Positions 1 through 13,863 of a DNA stretch of 64,000 nucleotides are shown here, piece after piece. The stretch is from positions 15,438,001-15,502,000 of the forward strand of contig OX597824.1 in NCBI GenBank assembly GCA_951406725.2, in the 5' to 3' direction. Each line of letters starts with the position of its first letter. Within the stretch, counting starts at the first letter, position 1. This DNA comes from Octopus vulgaris. Taxonomy: Eukaryota. The notes under the pieces were generated by a model. That model worked only from the letters and a program-made list of their open reading frames with translations, made no database searches and was not told where the DNA came from. Made by a program: the position numbers and the translations under genes.

Positions 1-164
1 GACGTATTTTTTTTATTTGTTTATTTTCGAAAAGCGAGAAATGGAACGCTAAATATTTGGAAATTAAATATGTATTATGTTATGTGTGTAGAGGTTGGTG
101 GGAGGGGGGATGATGTATTTCCCTTCATCTGTCTTTTAAAAAAATATTATTGGCAATATGTAAC

Positions 165-242
165 GGATAGCTTTAGCAACGCCGGGCAAAATGCTTAGCT
201 GCGTTTCGTCTGTCTTTACGTTCTGAGTTCAAATTCTGCGGA
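165..242 (+). mobile_element. SINE family A, 5' fragment (tRNA-derived head)
   Basis: ttagcaacgccgggcaaaatgcttagc...ttctgagttcaaattc matches the head of the full copy at 53473-53702. Confidence 0.7.
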
Positions 243-261
243 CCTGTGTGCAACCGATACC

Positions 262-465
<204 letters not shown>

Positions 466-499
466 ATGTATATATATATATACACTCGCAGACACACAC

Positions 500-545
<46 letters not shown>

Positions 546-1084
546 ATATATATATATATATATATATATGCATATTTATATATAGTAGGCGCAGTACAGC
601 CGAGTGGTTAATAAATTCGTGACAAGCCACGATATCTGAAGCTTTCAATCAGCGATTCTATGGAATGTTCCGGCATTTACAAATTTATTCAGGAGCAGGT
701 AATTCGGTTGGTTGAACTTCGACTTCCCTTCGCCAAACGACGGAGATCCAACATAAATCAAAATCAAAATTCAAGAATGGAGTTGGTGGTTTTCTACATT
801 TATTCAACGCTTTACAATCGTTTCAATAACATGGCGGGGTTGTGACAAATCAAATGACAAGCATAAAAACACGAACGACATCAGTGAAAATGATAACCTC
901 TGAAGGATTTAGACACACAAGAATATACATTCCCGGTTATTTATGGTGTGTGGCCATGGGAACCCTGGGGCAGCAAGCCACAGAACCGGCCAAAATAAAC
1001 TATTGCTCTTTACGTTTTCAACAAGTATTTTTCCTGGCCGTTGATTGCCAACATATATACATATAATGCCCGTATGTGTTTGCG

Positions 1085-1244
1085 AGTGTGACTGTGTGGT
1101 AAGTAGCTTGCTTACCAACCACATGGTTTCGGGTTCAGTCCCACTGCGTGGCACCTTGGGCAAGTGTCTTCTACTATAGCCTCGGGCCAACCAAAGACTT
1201 GTGAGTGAATTTGGTAGACGGAAACTGAAAAGAAGCCCGTCGTA

Positions 1245-1299
<55 letters not shown>

Positions 1300-1500
1300 T
1301 TGTGTGTGTGTGTTTGTCCCCCACCAACGCTTTACAACCGATGTCGGTGTGTTTACGTCCCCGTAAATTATCGGTTCGGCAAAAGAGACTGATAGAATAA
1401 GTACTAGGCTTACAAAGAATAAGTGCTGGGGTCGATTTGCACGACTAAAGGCGGTGCTCCATCATGGCCACAGTCAAATGACTGAAACAAGTAAAGAGAG
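1085..1500 (+). mobile_element. SINE family B with internal (TA)n(TG)n
   Basis: tRNA-like head (gtggtaagtagc...ggttcagtccc) and tail gactgaaacaagtaaa; colinear with the copies at 15321 and 33552. Confidence 0.85.
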
Positions 1501-2564
1501 TATGCGAGAAGAAATCAGTGAATGGAGAGTCTGTGGAATTTGGGATGAAACAATGGCACGCATTGTTGCCGAATGTCCCAAGTTGGCGCATTGAAAATAT
1601 AAGAAATGGAGGCATGACGAAGCTGTCAAAATTTTACACTGGAAACATTGTCAAAAATGGGGATTTGAAGCTGGAAGTACTTGGTACCTTAAAGGGAGGA
1701 AGCACTCCGTCGGTTACGACGATGAGGGTTCCGGTTGATCCGAATCAACGGAACAGCCTGCTCGTGAAATTAACGTATAAGTAGCTGAGCACTCCACAGA
1801 CACGTGCACCTTTAACGTAGTTCTCGGGGATATTCAGCGTGACACAGAGAGTGACAAGGCCGGCCCTCTGAAATACAGGTACAACAGAAACAGGAAGTAA
1901 GAGTGAGAGAAAGTTGTGTTGAAAGAGTACAGCAGGGATCACCACCATCCCCTGCCGGAGCCTCGTGGAGCTTTAGGTGTTTTTGCTCAATAAACACTCA
2001 CAACGCCCGGTCTGGGAATCGAAACCACGATCGTATGACCGTGAGTCCGCTGCCCTAACCACTGGTACCATCATCGGCTTGAAAGAGTACGTGATTTTAT
2101 GGGATTTTTCGATTCAAATGGGTAAAAGTCTAGAAAAATAGTAAACCAGTGATAAGGTTAATAGGCAAGGAAAAGCGAAGCTGCTTACTAAATGATCCGT
2201 CATGTCCGTTTGATTCCAGATGGAACTGATTTCAGATAGATGAAAGCTTAAAAAAAATGCAGTCCCTTATAATTTGAAATAGCAAGAATTTGAAGTATGA
2301 AAACTGTAGAACTGCCTGTAATAATTGGAGCGTTGAGAACTGTAAGTAAAGATACAGACAACTGTTTGGAGGAGGTTGTAATAGAATGTCCTGTAGAGCT
2401 TGTACAAAAAGCTTGCCTATAAGGAACGGGAAAGGTTATCAGAAAGATTTTGAGGAGTTGAAGGACTATTGAAAGCAAAGCCTGTGATATCTAAAGTAAC
2501 AAGTAGTAACTTAGTACCTACTTAAATTCTGCTGGGAATAAGAACAAATGAGAGTCAAAGAGAA

Positions 2565-2565
<1 letters not shown>
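1500..2565 (+). pseudogene. Degraded 3' end of an R4/Dong-type (restriction-like endonuclease) non-LTR retrotransposon, interrupted by a SINE
   Basis: Frameshifted pieces translate to VCGIWDETMARIVAECPKLA (zinc-knuckle relic), ILWDFSIQ, DPSCPFD, LPVIIGALRTV and VQKACL*GTGKVIRKILRS. The element ends in (AAT)/(GAT)n. Confidence 0.75.
1698..2070 (-). mobile_element. SINE family C (tRNA head), inserted in the R4/Dong relic
   Basis: Near-identical to 13864-14245 and 51188-51534; minus-strand A/B boxes (cagtggttagggc...ggtttcgattccc). Confidence 0.9.
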
Positions 2566-2720
<155 letters not shown>

Positions 2721-3214
2721 CAAATGCCTGTTAATCCTTTGCCATGATAAGACCATAAGAACACGGTCTCGCATGTCAGCTCCAATCTCAGCACTCAGCA
2801 CAAGCATTCATTTAATACCGTAGAAGAGAAGGACAGAGAACTCCTCTAAAAATAATGTAATGTCTCCATTCTTCTCTGTGGCCTTGATCCAGAATTTACC
2901 ATTAAAATATATCCCAAAGGAAATACATTGACACCGACTTTGCGGAATAAAGCGTCAAATTATTTGTGGACGAAGTAAACTGAAACTCAGTAATGAGTGA
3001 CTGAGGAATTATTTGCATTTATTTCAAATAAATTCTGTTGTCAATGACAATGGGGCAACAGAAAGTTTGTCAGCAATGCTTTTACTTTGATATGTGTTCT
3101 AAATGTACTTCTCTATGACTGAACTTAACTAAATATGAAATTAGAACAGGCTTGGTTGCTTCCGTAACGTTATGATAGTATTTTCCTCGTTTAGGAAAGT
3201 TCTTATATATATAC

Positions 3215-3376
3215 AGGCGCAGGAGTGGCTATGTGGTAAGTAGCTTGTTTACCAACCACATGGTTCCGGGTTCAGTCCCACTGCGAGGCACTTTGGGCAA
3301 ATGTCTTCTACTATAGTCTCGGGCCGACCAAAGCCTTGTGAGTGGATTTGGTAGAGGGAAACTGAAAGAAGCTTGT

Positions 3377-3380
<4 letters not shown>
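3215..3380 (+). mobile_element. SINE family B, 5' half
   Basis: aggcgcaggagtggctatgtggtaag...gaaactgaaagaagc followed by (TA)n. Confidence 0.85.
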
Positions 3381-3422
<42 letters not shown>

Positions 3423-3449
3423 GGTAGTGGGTAGCGATTTTCTTCACTA

Positions 3450-3848
3450 CTTCAGGGAGTGACGGCCCTGCCTGACACGGGTCCCGGGCTCAGCTGGTTC
3501 CGGCTGGCTCCGGCTGGCAGCGCCCGGTATGGGCCCCTATCCAGAGTTACGGAACGGAGACAACCTTCAAAGAAATCCGGAGTGGAGCCCCGTAGACGGT
3601 TTAGTGTTCGACTCGACACTCTTCCGGCAGCTCCTGCAACCAAGCTGGTGCCATACGTAATGCACTCCTCTGGACTACGTCAGCAAGGTCGAGAGAGGAA
3701 TCCTGACGATTGGGCTACCCAGGATTTTCTTACATCTAGCCCAGGCCTGCGCAAAACTGGAGAGGAAACTGGAGAGGACACGGGATGTAAAAAACCAGAC
3801 TGGATTTGTTCGTGCGCAACTCCATTGTCTCCCGAGACAAAAGGATGC

Positions 3849-3857
<9 letters not shown>
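3450..3857 (+). mobile_element. GC-rich fragment resembling an RTE-clade LINE 5' UTR
   Basis: GC island with motifs aaatccggagtggagcccc and ggcagctcctgcaaccaagctggtgcc, which I recall from RTE 5' UTRs (unverified); no ORF2 follows. Confidence 0.4.
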
Positions 3858-3890
<33 letters not shown>

Positions 3891-3908
3891 TATATATGTA
3901 TATGTATG

Positions 3909-3955
<47 letters not shown>

Positions 3956-5188
3956 GTATGTATATATATACATGTATATATATATATATATAATATACAT
4001 ATATAAATATGTATATGTATATATCTATTTACGTATATATATGTATATATATATGTATATATCTGCGTGTGTGTGTATGTAAACATATATACATGTCTGT
4101 GTGTGTGTGTGTGTGTGTTCGTAGAGACAGTAGGTATAAATTGCAAGTGAGAGGAGAGAGTAAGGAGAGAACGATGGATTGAAAAGAAGGGAAGACAGTT
4201 ATGAAGGAAGATTACGAGAGACGAAGACATGAAGCTAAACATGGGATATTATCAAACAGATGTTGAGAAGTTGACTCAAACAAACAAACAAACAAATCAG
4301 ATATATAAAAGTACATAGAAAAAACCCCACGTAAACAATGAAAAAAATTATCGTTCGGAAGGATAATGAACGTTAATGTATGTGTGAGGTGTGTGTTGAA
4401 TATAGGGCTTGGGGATCATCTTAGAAAGACAACAAACCCTTAAGGAGTCTTTACGTAGTGGGGGACCCTAGTTTTGTAGTTTGTACTGCAATACAATAGG
4501 ACCGAGTCAATTGTTTGTGTGAAGAGTCCTTGTTATATTGTCGGGTGGGGGTGGAGGCTGGATGATGGCAAGAAAGGGAAAGAGAGCGAGAGTGAAAAGG
4601 GTAAAGAAAGAAAAAAGGGAAAGACTGGGAGAAAAGGGGAGATAAGTGAGGGACACTTGAAGTGGATACTGTGTATAAATACACGCGTTTGTGTGTGTGT
4701 GTGTATATATATGTGTGTGTGAATGTGTGTGCGTGTGTGTGTGTGCTTGTGTGCGCGTGTCTGTGCGCTTGGTTTGTGTCTATGTGTGTTTGTGTCTGTG
4801 TGTTTATGTGTTGGTGTGTGTGTGTCCGTTTGAAAGGCACTTGGAGTATTTTTCTTACGGAGCTGGATGGCTATTAGAGCGAGAGATAGAAAGATATTAG
4901 AGAAAAGGAGAAAGAAAGGAGTATACGAGAGAGAGAGAGAGAGAGAGGGAGGGAGAGAGAGAGAGAGGGAGGTATATATATATAGAGAGAGAATTTAGAG
5001 GAAAAGAAATGAGGAATGTGGTGGAGTAGTCACTGAGTCTATGTTATCGCGTCTATGTATTACTGTGCGTGTCTGTGTGTGAGCGTTTGTGTGCGCATGC
5101 GCGTGCACACATATACATGTGTGTGCGTATTTGTGTATGTATATATATATGTATGTATATATATATGTATATATGTGTATATATATAA

Positions 5189-5330
<142 letters not shown>

Positions 5331-5525
5331 GCACACATATATATTCTCGAAATTCATGTGTGTAAAAACTTCTTTAGAGACTTCGTGGAGATCGAGAGTA
5401 GATTTCGTGCGTGTGTCAGTATACATGCATACATACATACACACACACAGACATGAATACACACGAATATATATATATATATATTTGCGTCAACATACAA
5501 AGAACAGTTGCACATGTACAAAGTA

Positions 5526-5563
<38 letters not shown>

Positions 5564-5773
5564 TTTCCAGGAGATCTCAAGATGTTCGCTGAGCTCTTAC
5601 ACCGCTGACAGCTCTTGAACAGTTTCGTTCCGCAAATGAAGAATTAATTTGTTACAAAAGAGTGTTATACAATCATTTATACACGTACATATGACTATAC
5701 ACATGCATGCACCCATATAAATGTGTGTGTATGTATATAAACATATATATACATGCATGTATATATTTATAAA

Positions 5774-5865
<92 letters not shown>

Positions 5866-5907
5866 TGTATACATGAGTATGTATATCTATAAATTCACAC
5901 TTGTATA

Positions 5908-5953
<46 letters not shown>

Positions 5954-6308
5954 AATGCGTATGGTGTCTATATAACAATATATGCATATGTGTGTGTGTA
6001 TTTATGTATATGTATATATATACATATATATAAATGTGTGTGTGTATGTGTACGTATGTATGTATGTATGTATAAATGTGTAGAACTACTTATGTATACC
6101 TATAAGCAGGTATAACGGTATTCATATGTGTACGTATAGATGTATTTATATAAATGCATTTCTAAGTGTATTTATAGATACATGCATTTATAAATGTATA
6201 TACATATATATATATGTATAAATATTCATTTATGAATCTGTATATATGTATGTATAAATATACATATACACACACGTATCTTTATATATAGATAGATATA
6301 TACATGTA

Positions 6309-6380
<72 letters not shown>

Positions 6381-6584
6381 CATAGGTGTTTAAATTAATT
6401 TTCACAATCTTACAATATTAATACCCCAAAAAGGTATTTCATTACAGTACTTTCATACTAACGGTATTACAATATAGTATGAAAATAATTGGAAGTAGAA
6501 AAGAAAACACACACACACACACACACATACACACACATACACACACACATACACACACACACACACACGCGCACAAACACACAC

Positions 6585-6615
<31 letters not shown>

Positions 6616-6703
6616 TACTTTATTTAAATAAAGCATATTGCTCTACTACTGGTATTTGAGTACTCTTTTTTCCACCTCGTTTCACATTTATGTGTTTACT
6701 CCC

Positions 6704-6764
<61 letters not shown>

Positions 6765-6924
6765 TCCAAAAAGAAAAACGAAGAACAAACACAAAGAGAC
6801 TGCAACGCGAGGACGTGGTACATGCAATTTATTAGCAGATGCTCGAGGAACGTAAGAAAGATGGTTTAACGTTTTGAGCAGAGCTCTTCTCTTCAGAAGC
6901 AGAGGAAGTTCCAATCGTTGATTA

Positions 6925-7073
6925 CGTTTTGAGTTCAAATTCCGCCGAGGTTCACTTTACCTTTCATCCTTTCGAGGTCGATAAATTATGTACCAGTTGC
7001 GTACTGTTGTCTTTGTAATCGACTGGCCCACTCGCCCAAAATTTCGGGCCGTGTGTTTAGAGTAGAAAAGATT
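6925..7073 (+). mobile_element. SINE family A, 5'-truncated, alternative tail
   Basis: gagttcaaattccgccgagg...cctttcatcctttcg...aaaatttcgggcc...agtagaaaag. Confidence 0.75.
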
Positions 7074-8299
7074 GTGCAAAAATGTCTTAAGTCTAAAACA
7101 TTGCTTTTTGGGAAAACGAATAAATAGTTTCACCATTCTATAGCCAAACCGTTGTACTACACTCAGTGGCCCAGCAACAAAAAAATGTGGATTTTTCCAA
7201 TGTTAACATTAAAACAAATGCAGGTATAATAATTTTTATTATTATGAGGGTCCGCTGAAATGTTCATAATCTGAGCAAGACACTCTCAATGGAATGTGAC
7301 CAAATGAAGTTCATTTTCTAACACAGTTCCTCTTACTGGACATTATACGTAATCTCTTGTATAACTTAATCTCACAATGTACAAGAACCATATATTGCCA
7401 AAACCGTGGTCTGTCACCCACCAGTTCTGCTGTTCTCCGTCAGCATGGAAATAGCTATGAGTTTTAGAGCAGGCACGATGCCATGGATTAGAGAGGCTGA
7501 GTATATCCAATAAAATATTCCATCAGTAGTTGACTGAACACGTAACTAAGAACGCAGTTTATGTAGTCACACTTTATATTCGGAGCTCTAATAATTCTGC
7601 CTAGAAATAGGAAGACAACACACTACTAGAGCTTAGAGAGGAAAGTTAATTAAATATTGATCACCGGAGCAAATTATGCGATAATTAATTAACTAATAGA
7701 GAAATAAACTCCTGAAGTGGTTGCGACAGGAGGCGAGAATTAAAAGAAGCGGAGAAGGGGAAATGGGGGTAGATGGGGTGACGGCGAGATATAAAAACAA
7801 AATATAGAAAACTTGGACATGAATTCCTGGACTATATAAAAGACGATATAAAAACTGAAATTGGAATTCTACGAAGTATTTTTCTCTAGAATCCACTTTG
7901 CATTCAGTGAAATTTCGTAAAGCCAGAATTAAAGATATTATTACACCCTCTATTGTACATCACAAGGTCGGAAGAATTGCATGTACCTTGCTTTCTGGCG
8001 TCCGGCAGCATTGTCCGTTAAGTAGAGCAAAGTGCTCTGCGGTATTCGTTTTAATGGTTCAAATTTCACTTGGTCATCTTTGTCTTTCACCCTTTCGGGT
8101 TTTATAAAAAAACAGTGCAATAATGGATGAAGGTGTATTGTTAGTTAAATTTCTATATAGTTGGACAAGATGTCTTAGGGTTCTTTCGGCTATCTCTGCA
8201 TTCTGAGTTTTCGGTTGATAAACATAATCCGTCCTATGGTTTAACACCTCCCCACTTTATCTTTAGTTGCCTTTCGTGGAAAGCGATTCTGTTAAAAGT

Positions 8300-11200
8300 A
8301 TTTCCTAACTTCCTGGAACTTTGGTCGAAAACTTCCTGGAAAGTTCCGAGGACATTCTAAATATCGGCAATTTGGTCGAAAATCTCATGGGAAGTTCCGA
8401 GGATGTTCTAGCTTCATGGAAATTTACCGGTAACACTCGTCGAAGAATTCCTGGGAAGTTCCGAGGATTTTCTAACTTCCTCGAAATTTGGTCGAAAATT
8501 TCCTGGGAAGTTCTGAGGATTTCCTAACTTCAGGGATCGTTGGTCGAAAACTTCCTGAGAAGTTCCAACTTTCGGCTAATTTGTTCGAATATTTGCTGGG
8601 AAGTTCCGAGGGATTTCTAACTTGCTGGAAATTTGTTCGAAAACTTCCTGGGAAGTTTCGAAGATTTTCTAACTTCCCGAAAATTTGTTCGAAATTTCAT
8701 GGGAAGTTCCGAGGTATTTCCAACTTCCGGGAAATTTGTTCGAAAATTTCCTGGGAAGTTCCCAAGATTTTTAAAACTTCCTGGAAATTTGGTTGAAAAT
8801 TTCCTGGGAAGTTCCGAGGATTTTCTAACGTCCTGAAAGTTTGGTCGAAAACTTCCTGAGAAGTTCCGAGGATTTTCTAACTTCCTGAAAATTTGGTCGA
8901 AAACGTCCTGGGAAGTTCCGATGATTTTCTAAGTTCCTGGAAATTTGGTTGAAAACTTCATGGGAAGTTCCGAGGACCTTCTAACTACCTGGAAATTTAG
9001 TCGAAAAATACCTGGAAAGTTCCGAGGGGTTTCAAACTTCCTGGAAATTTGGTCGAAAACTTCATGGGAAGTTCCGAGGATTTTCTAACTTCCTAAAAGT
9101 TTGGTCGAAAACTTCCTGAGAAGTTCCGAAGATTTTCTAACTTCCTGAGAATTTGGTCGAAAACTTCCTGGGAAGTTCCGAGGATTTCCGAAGTTCCGAG
9201 ATTTTCTAAGTTCCTGGAAATTTGGTTGAAACTTCCTAGGAAGTTCCGAGCAAATCTAACTTCCTGGGAAGTTCCGAGGATTTTCTAACTTCCTGAAAGT
9301 TTGGTCGAAATCTTCCTGGGAAGTTCCGAGGATTTTCTAACTTCCTGGAAGTTTGGTCGAAAACATCCTGGGAAGTTCCGAGGGCTTTCTAACTTCCTGA
9401 AAGTTTGGTCGAAAAGTTCTTGGGAAGTTGCGAGGATTTTCTCAGTTTCTGGAAATTTGGTTGAAACTTCCTGGGAAGTTCCGAGGATTTTCTAACTTCC
9501 TGAAAGTTTGGTCGAAAACTTCCTGAGAAGTTCCGAGGATTTTCTAACTTCCTGAAAATTTGGTCGAAAACTTCCTGGGAAGTTCCGAGGATTTTCTAAG
9601 TTCCTGGAAATTTGGTTGAAACTTCCTAGGAAGTTCCGAGCAAATCTAACTTCCTGGGAAGTTCCGAGGATTTTCTAACTTCCTGAAAGTTTGGTCGAAA
9701 ACTTCCTGGGAAGTTCCGATGATTTTCTAACTTCCTGGAAATTTGGTCGAAAACTTCCTGGGAAGTTCCGAGGGCTTTCAAACTTCCTGAAAGTTTGGTC
9801 GAAAAGTTCATGGGAAGTTGCGAGGATTTTCTAAGTTTCTGGAAATTTGGTTGAAACTTCCTGGGAAGTTCGAGGATTTTCTAACTTCTTGAAAGTTTGG
9901 TCGAAAAGTTCCTTGGAAGTTCCGAGGAGTTTCTAACTTCCGGAAAATTTGGCCGAAAAGTTCCTGGGAAGTTGCGAGGATTTTCTAAGTTTCTGGAAAT
10001 TTGGTTGAAACTTCCTGGAAATTTGGTTGAAACTTCCTGGGAAGTTCCTAGGAAATCTAGTTTCCTGGAAATTTGGTCGAAAACTTCCTGGGAAGTTCCA
10101 AGGATTTTCTAACTTCCTGAAAGTTTGGTCGAAAATTTCCTGGGAAGTTCTGAGGGTTTTCTAATTTCCTGAAAGTTTGGTCGAAAACGTCCTGGAAAGT
10201 TCCGAATGTTTTCTAACTTCCTTGAAATTTGGTCGGAAACTTCCGAGGGCTTTCTAACTTCCCGAAAGTTTGGTCGGAAAACTTCCTGGGAAGTTCCGAG
10301 GATTTTCTAAATTCCTGAAAATTTGGTCGACAACTTCCTGGGAAGTTCCTAGTGTTTTCTAACTTCCCGAAAGTTTGGTCGAAAACTTCCTGGGAAATTC
10401 CGAGGATTTTCTAACTTCCTGAAAATTTGGTCGAAAACTTCCTGGGAAGTTCCGAGGATTTTCTAACTTCCTGGAAATTTGGTTGAAACTTCCTGGGAAG
10501 TTCCGAGGATTTTCTAACTTCCTTGAAATTTGGTTGAAACTTTTCCTGGGGAGTTCAGGGGATTACCTAACTTCCTGGAAATTTGGTCGAAATCTTCCTG
10601 GGAAGTTCCGAGGGCTTTCTAACTTCCTGAAAGTTTGGTCGAAAAGTTCTTGGGAAGTTGCGAGGATTTTCTAAGTTTCTGGAAATTTGGTTGAAACTTC
10701 CTGGGAAGTTCCGAGGATTTTCTGACTTCCTGAAAGTTTGGTCGAAAACGTTCCTGGGAAGTACCGAGGATTTTCTAACTTCCTGAAAATTTGGTCGAAA
10801 AGTTCTTGGGAAGTTGCGAGGATTCTCTAAGTTTCTGGAAATTTGGTTCAAACTTCCTGGAAATTTGGTTGAAACTTCCTGGGAAGTTCCGAGGAAATCT
10901 AATTTCCTGGAAATTTGGTCGAAAACTTCCTGGGAAGTTCCAAGGATTTTCTAACTTCCTGAAAGTTTGGTCGAAATCTTCCTGGGAAGTTCCGAGGATT
11001 TTCTAACTTCCTGGAAAGTTGGTCGAAAACTTCCTGGGAAGTTCCGAGGATTTTCTAACTTCCTGAAAGTATGGTCGAAATCTTCCTGTGAAGTTCCGAG
11101 GATTTTCTAACTTCCTGGGAAGTTCCGAGGGTTTTCTAACTTCCTGAAATTTGGTCGAAAACGCCCTGGGAAGTTCCGAGTGTTTTCTAACTTCCTTAAA

Positions 11201-11530
11201 ATTTGGTCGGAAACTTCCTGGGGAGTTCCGAGGGCTTTCTAACTTCCCGAAAGTTTGGTCGAAAACTTCCTGGGAAGTTCCGAGGATTTTCTATCTTCCT
11301 GAAAATTTGGTCGACAACTTCCTGGGAAGTTCCTAGTGTTTTCTAACTTCCCGAAAGTTTGGTCGAAAACTTCCTGGGAAATTCCGAGGATTTTCTAACT
11401 TCCTGAAAATTTGGTCGAAAACTTCCTGGGAAGTTCCGAGGATTTTCTAACTTCCTGGAAATTTGGTTGAAACTTTTCCTGGGGAGTTCAGGGGATTACC
11501 TAACTTCCTGGAAATTTGGTTGAAAACTTC
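8300..11530. repeat. 52-bp tandem satellite, roughly 60 units, with higher-order structure
   Basis: Consensus ttttctaacttcctggaaatttggtcgaaaacttcctgggaagttccgagga; internal dyad aacttcc-tg-ggaagtt. Confidence 0.95.
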
Positions 11531-11536
11531 TTTGGT

Positions 11537-12330
11537 GTTATGGAGAGCAAGGGTAGAGAGTAGGAATGGAGAGTGGCGGGTGGTGGAGAGTAAGGGTTGA
11601 GAACAGGTGGGTGAAGAGAAGGGGTGGTGGAGAGCAAGGCTGCAAAGCTGGTGTTGTGGAGAGCAGGCTGGAGAGCAAGAAGTGATGGAGAGCAGGGGTG
11701 CTGGAGAGCAAGCATTGGTGAAGTGCAAGGAATGGTGGAGAGCAGGGGTGGTGAAGACGAGGGGCGGTGGAGAGCAAGGATGGGGAGTTTGGAGAGTGGT
11801 GGCGGTGGAGAGCAGGTTGTCGAGAGTGGAGGGTAATGGAGAGCAATGGTGGAGAGCAGAGTTGGTGGATAGCAGGTAGTTGGAGAGGAGGGGTGGTGGA
11901 GAACAAGGTTGGAGAGCAAAAAGTGGTAGAGCACAGGGATGGTGGGATGCAGCAGTGGTGGAGAGCAGGCGTGGTGGAGAGTATGTGTGGAGAGCAGGGT
12001 CTGGAGAGTGGTAGGTGGTGGAGAGCAGGGGTGGAGAACAGGTGTGTGGAGATGAGGATGTGGTGGAGAGTGGGAGCTGTGGAGAGCAGCCGGGGAGCAG
12101 GGGTGGAGTGGAGAGGAGGGGTGGTGGAGAGCATGGAGCGGTGTAGAGCAGGGTTGGTGAGAGCGGGGTGTGGTGGAGAGCAAGGGTTGAGAGCAGGAGG
12201 TGGAGAATGGTGGTGGTGGAGAGTGGAGGATGGTGGAGAGCAGGGAATGGTCGAGAGCTGGGGGTGGTGGAGGAGCAAGAGGTGGTGGAGTGTAGGGGTG
12301 GTGGAGTGTAGGGGTGGTGGAGAGCAGGGG
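11537..12330. repeat. Degenerate G-rich minisatellite (ggtggagagcagg-like, ~15-18 bp)
   Basis: Dozens of tggagagca cores with strong G skew on the + strand. Confidence 0.85.
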
Positions 12331-12816
12331 TTTTATAAAAGGAAGATGATATAAAGCTGTTTGTTCGTGAGAAGTGCCGAAGTAATTGCGGGGACTGTTG
12401 GAAGAAGTGGGGAGGGTGGTCGTGATGGTGGTAATATCTGTGGTGATGAGGAGGAGGGAAGGGTGGGAGTAGGAAGAGGAGAAAGAAGATGATGATGATG
12501 AAGATGAAAAGGAAGAGGGAGATGAAGAGGAAGAAGGGAGAAGGAGCAGGGGAAGAGGAGGAGGAAAGAGAAGAGGAAGAAGAAGAAAAGGAAGAGGATG
12601 AGGGAGAGGACGACAACGAGGATGACGTCGACGAGGATTGTGGTGATGATAGAGATGATGATGATGATGACGACGACGATTACAATAACTAAGCTGAGGG
12701 CACTAGACGACGACGATGATGACGATGATGATGATGATGATGATGAGATAAAAGTTACACATTAACAAAGATGAGAATATTAGTGTTGCTTTTGATAGGA
12801 TTGCTTCCCATTTCTA

Positions 12817-12950
12817 TGCGTGTATATGTGTGTGCCTATACGTACGTGTACGTGCCTCTGTGCGTGTATATGTGTGTGCCTATACGTACGTGTACGTGCC
12901 TCTGTGCGTGTATATGTGTGTGCCTATACGTACGTGTACGTGCCTCTGTG
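12817..12950. repeat. 44-bp tandem repeat, 3 copies
   Basis: tgcgtgtatatgtgtgtgcctatacgtacgtgtacgtgcctctg starts at 12817, 12861 and 12905. Confidence 0.95.
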
Positions 12951-13631
12951 CATGTGCGTCATTTATTTCTCTTATTCATGAGCGGATCTATTCGTTTTCG
13001 TTCTATGATTATGAGTGTTTCATATACGAGAGTGTGTATGTATATATGTATGTGTGTGTATGTATGTATATATATGAAATGATATATATTTTAATTTATA
13101 TGTATCCACATGCCCTACTGTATAAGCGCGTGTGTGTTGTGTCTTTAAGTAAGGTAGAGTTATGAAATTCGGCCTTATCATTGAAAATGTCAACATTAGC
13201 AGATATTTTAGACAACCTAAATGAAATATTCTTAACTAAGTTCCTAGTAATTGCCCTAGAATGATTACTGAATTTGCTAATATACTTAAGATTAGTCGAT
13301 GGTTTGTAGTATGGGAAGTACGAATTATTGTGTAAGTTAAGTGTAATATCTAAAATGTTAGCCTTTTGTTCGGTTGAACACCATCACCTACTCCATTGGT
13401 GCCTCTTGGCGGAGTCCATGCTATTGCAAGCACTTAGATCAGGTCACCGGCTTGAGGATATCTTCCTCCTTCATTCATTCCCTCTCACCAGTCTTGGAGA
13501 TCGAATAAACGGTCGGGGGGGTGGCGGTCTTCTTACTAAAAACTAAAAAAAAATATAAATGAATAAAACTGATATTTCAGCAGAAAACACAAGCGTATTG
13601 ACACCTTAAATGCCCTCATAATGTCAATTCT

Positions 13632-13850
13632 ACACAAGGGGCTAAACACAGAGAGGACAAACAAGGACAGACAAACGGAGTAAGTCGAAAATATTGACCC
13701 CAGTGCGTAACTGGTACTTATTTAATCGACCCCGAAAGGATGAAAGGTAAAGTCGACCTCGGCGGAATTTGAACACAGAATGTAAAGACAGACGAAATAC
13801 TTGTAAGCATTTCGCCCGGCGTGCTAACGTTTCTGCCATCTCACCGCCTT
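13632..13850 (-). mobile_element. SINE family A, full length
   Basis: Reverse complement of the 53473-53702 type. Confidence 0.9.
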
Positions 13851-13863
13851 AACACCAATATGT

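Noticed and set aside
7155-7275. Tc1/mariner-like terminal sequences (tacactcagtggcc, tatgagggtccgctgaaa)
   Set aside because: No matching partner repeat or transposase remnant found.
7448-7470. gaaatagc...gttttagagc, resembling a Cas9 repeat or sgRNA scaffold
   Set aside because: Short, single, in the wrong order, with no array or cas genes, in a eukaryotic context.
8300-11530. CRISPR-like array of palindromic repeats
   Set aside because: No unique spacers; the whole 52-bp unit repeats, so it is a satellite.
11447-12616. 389-aa minus-strand ORF and overlapping ORFs
   Set aside because: All three minus frames are open because the C-rich repeat lacks stop codons; no domain.
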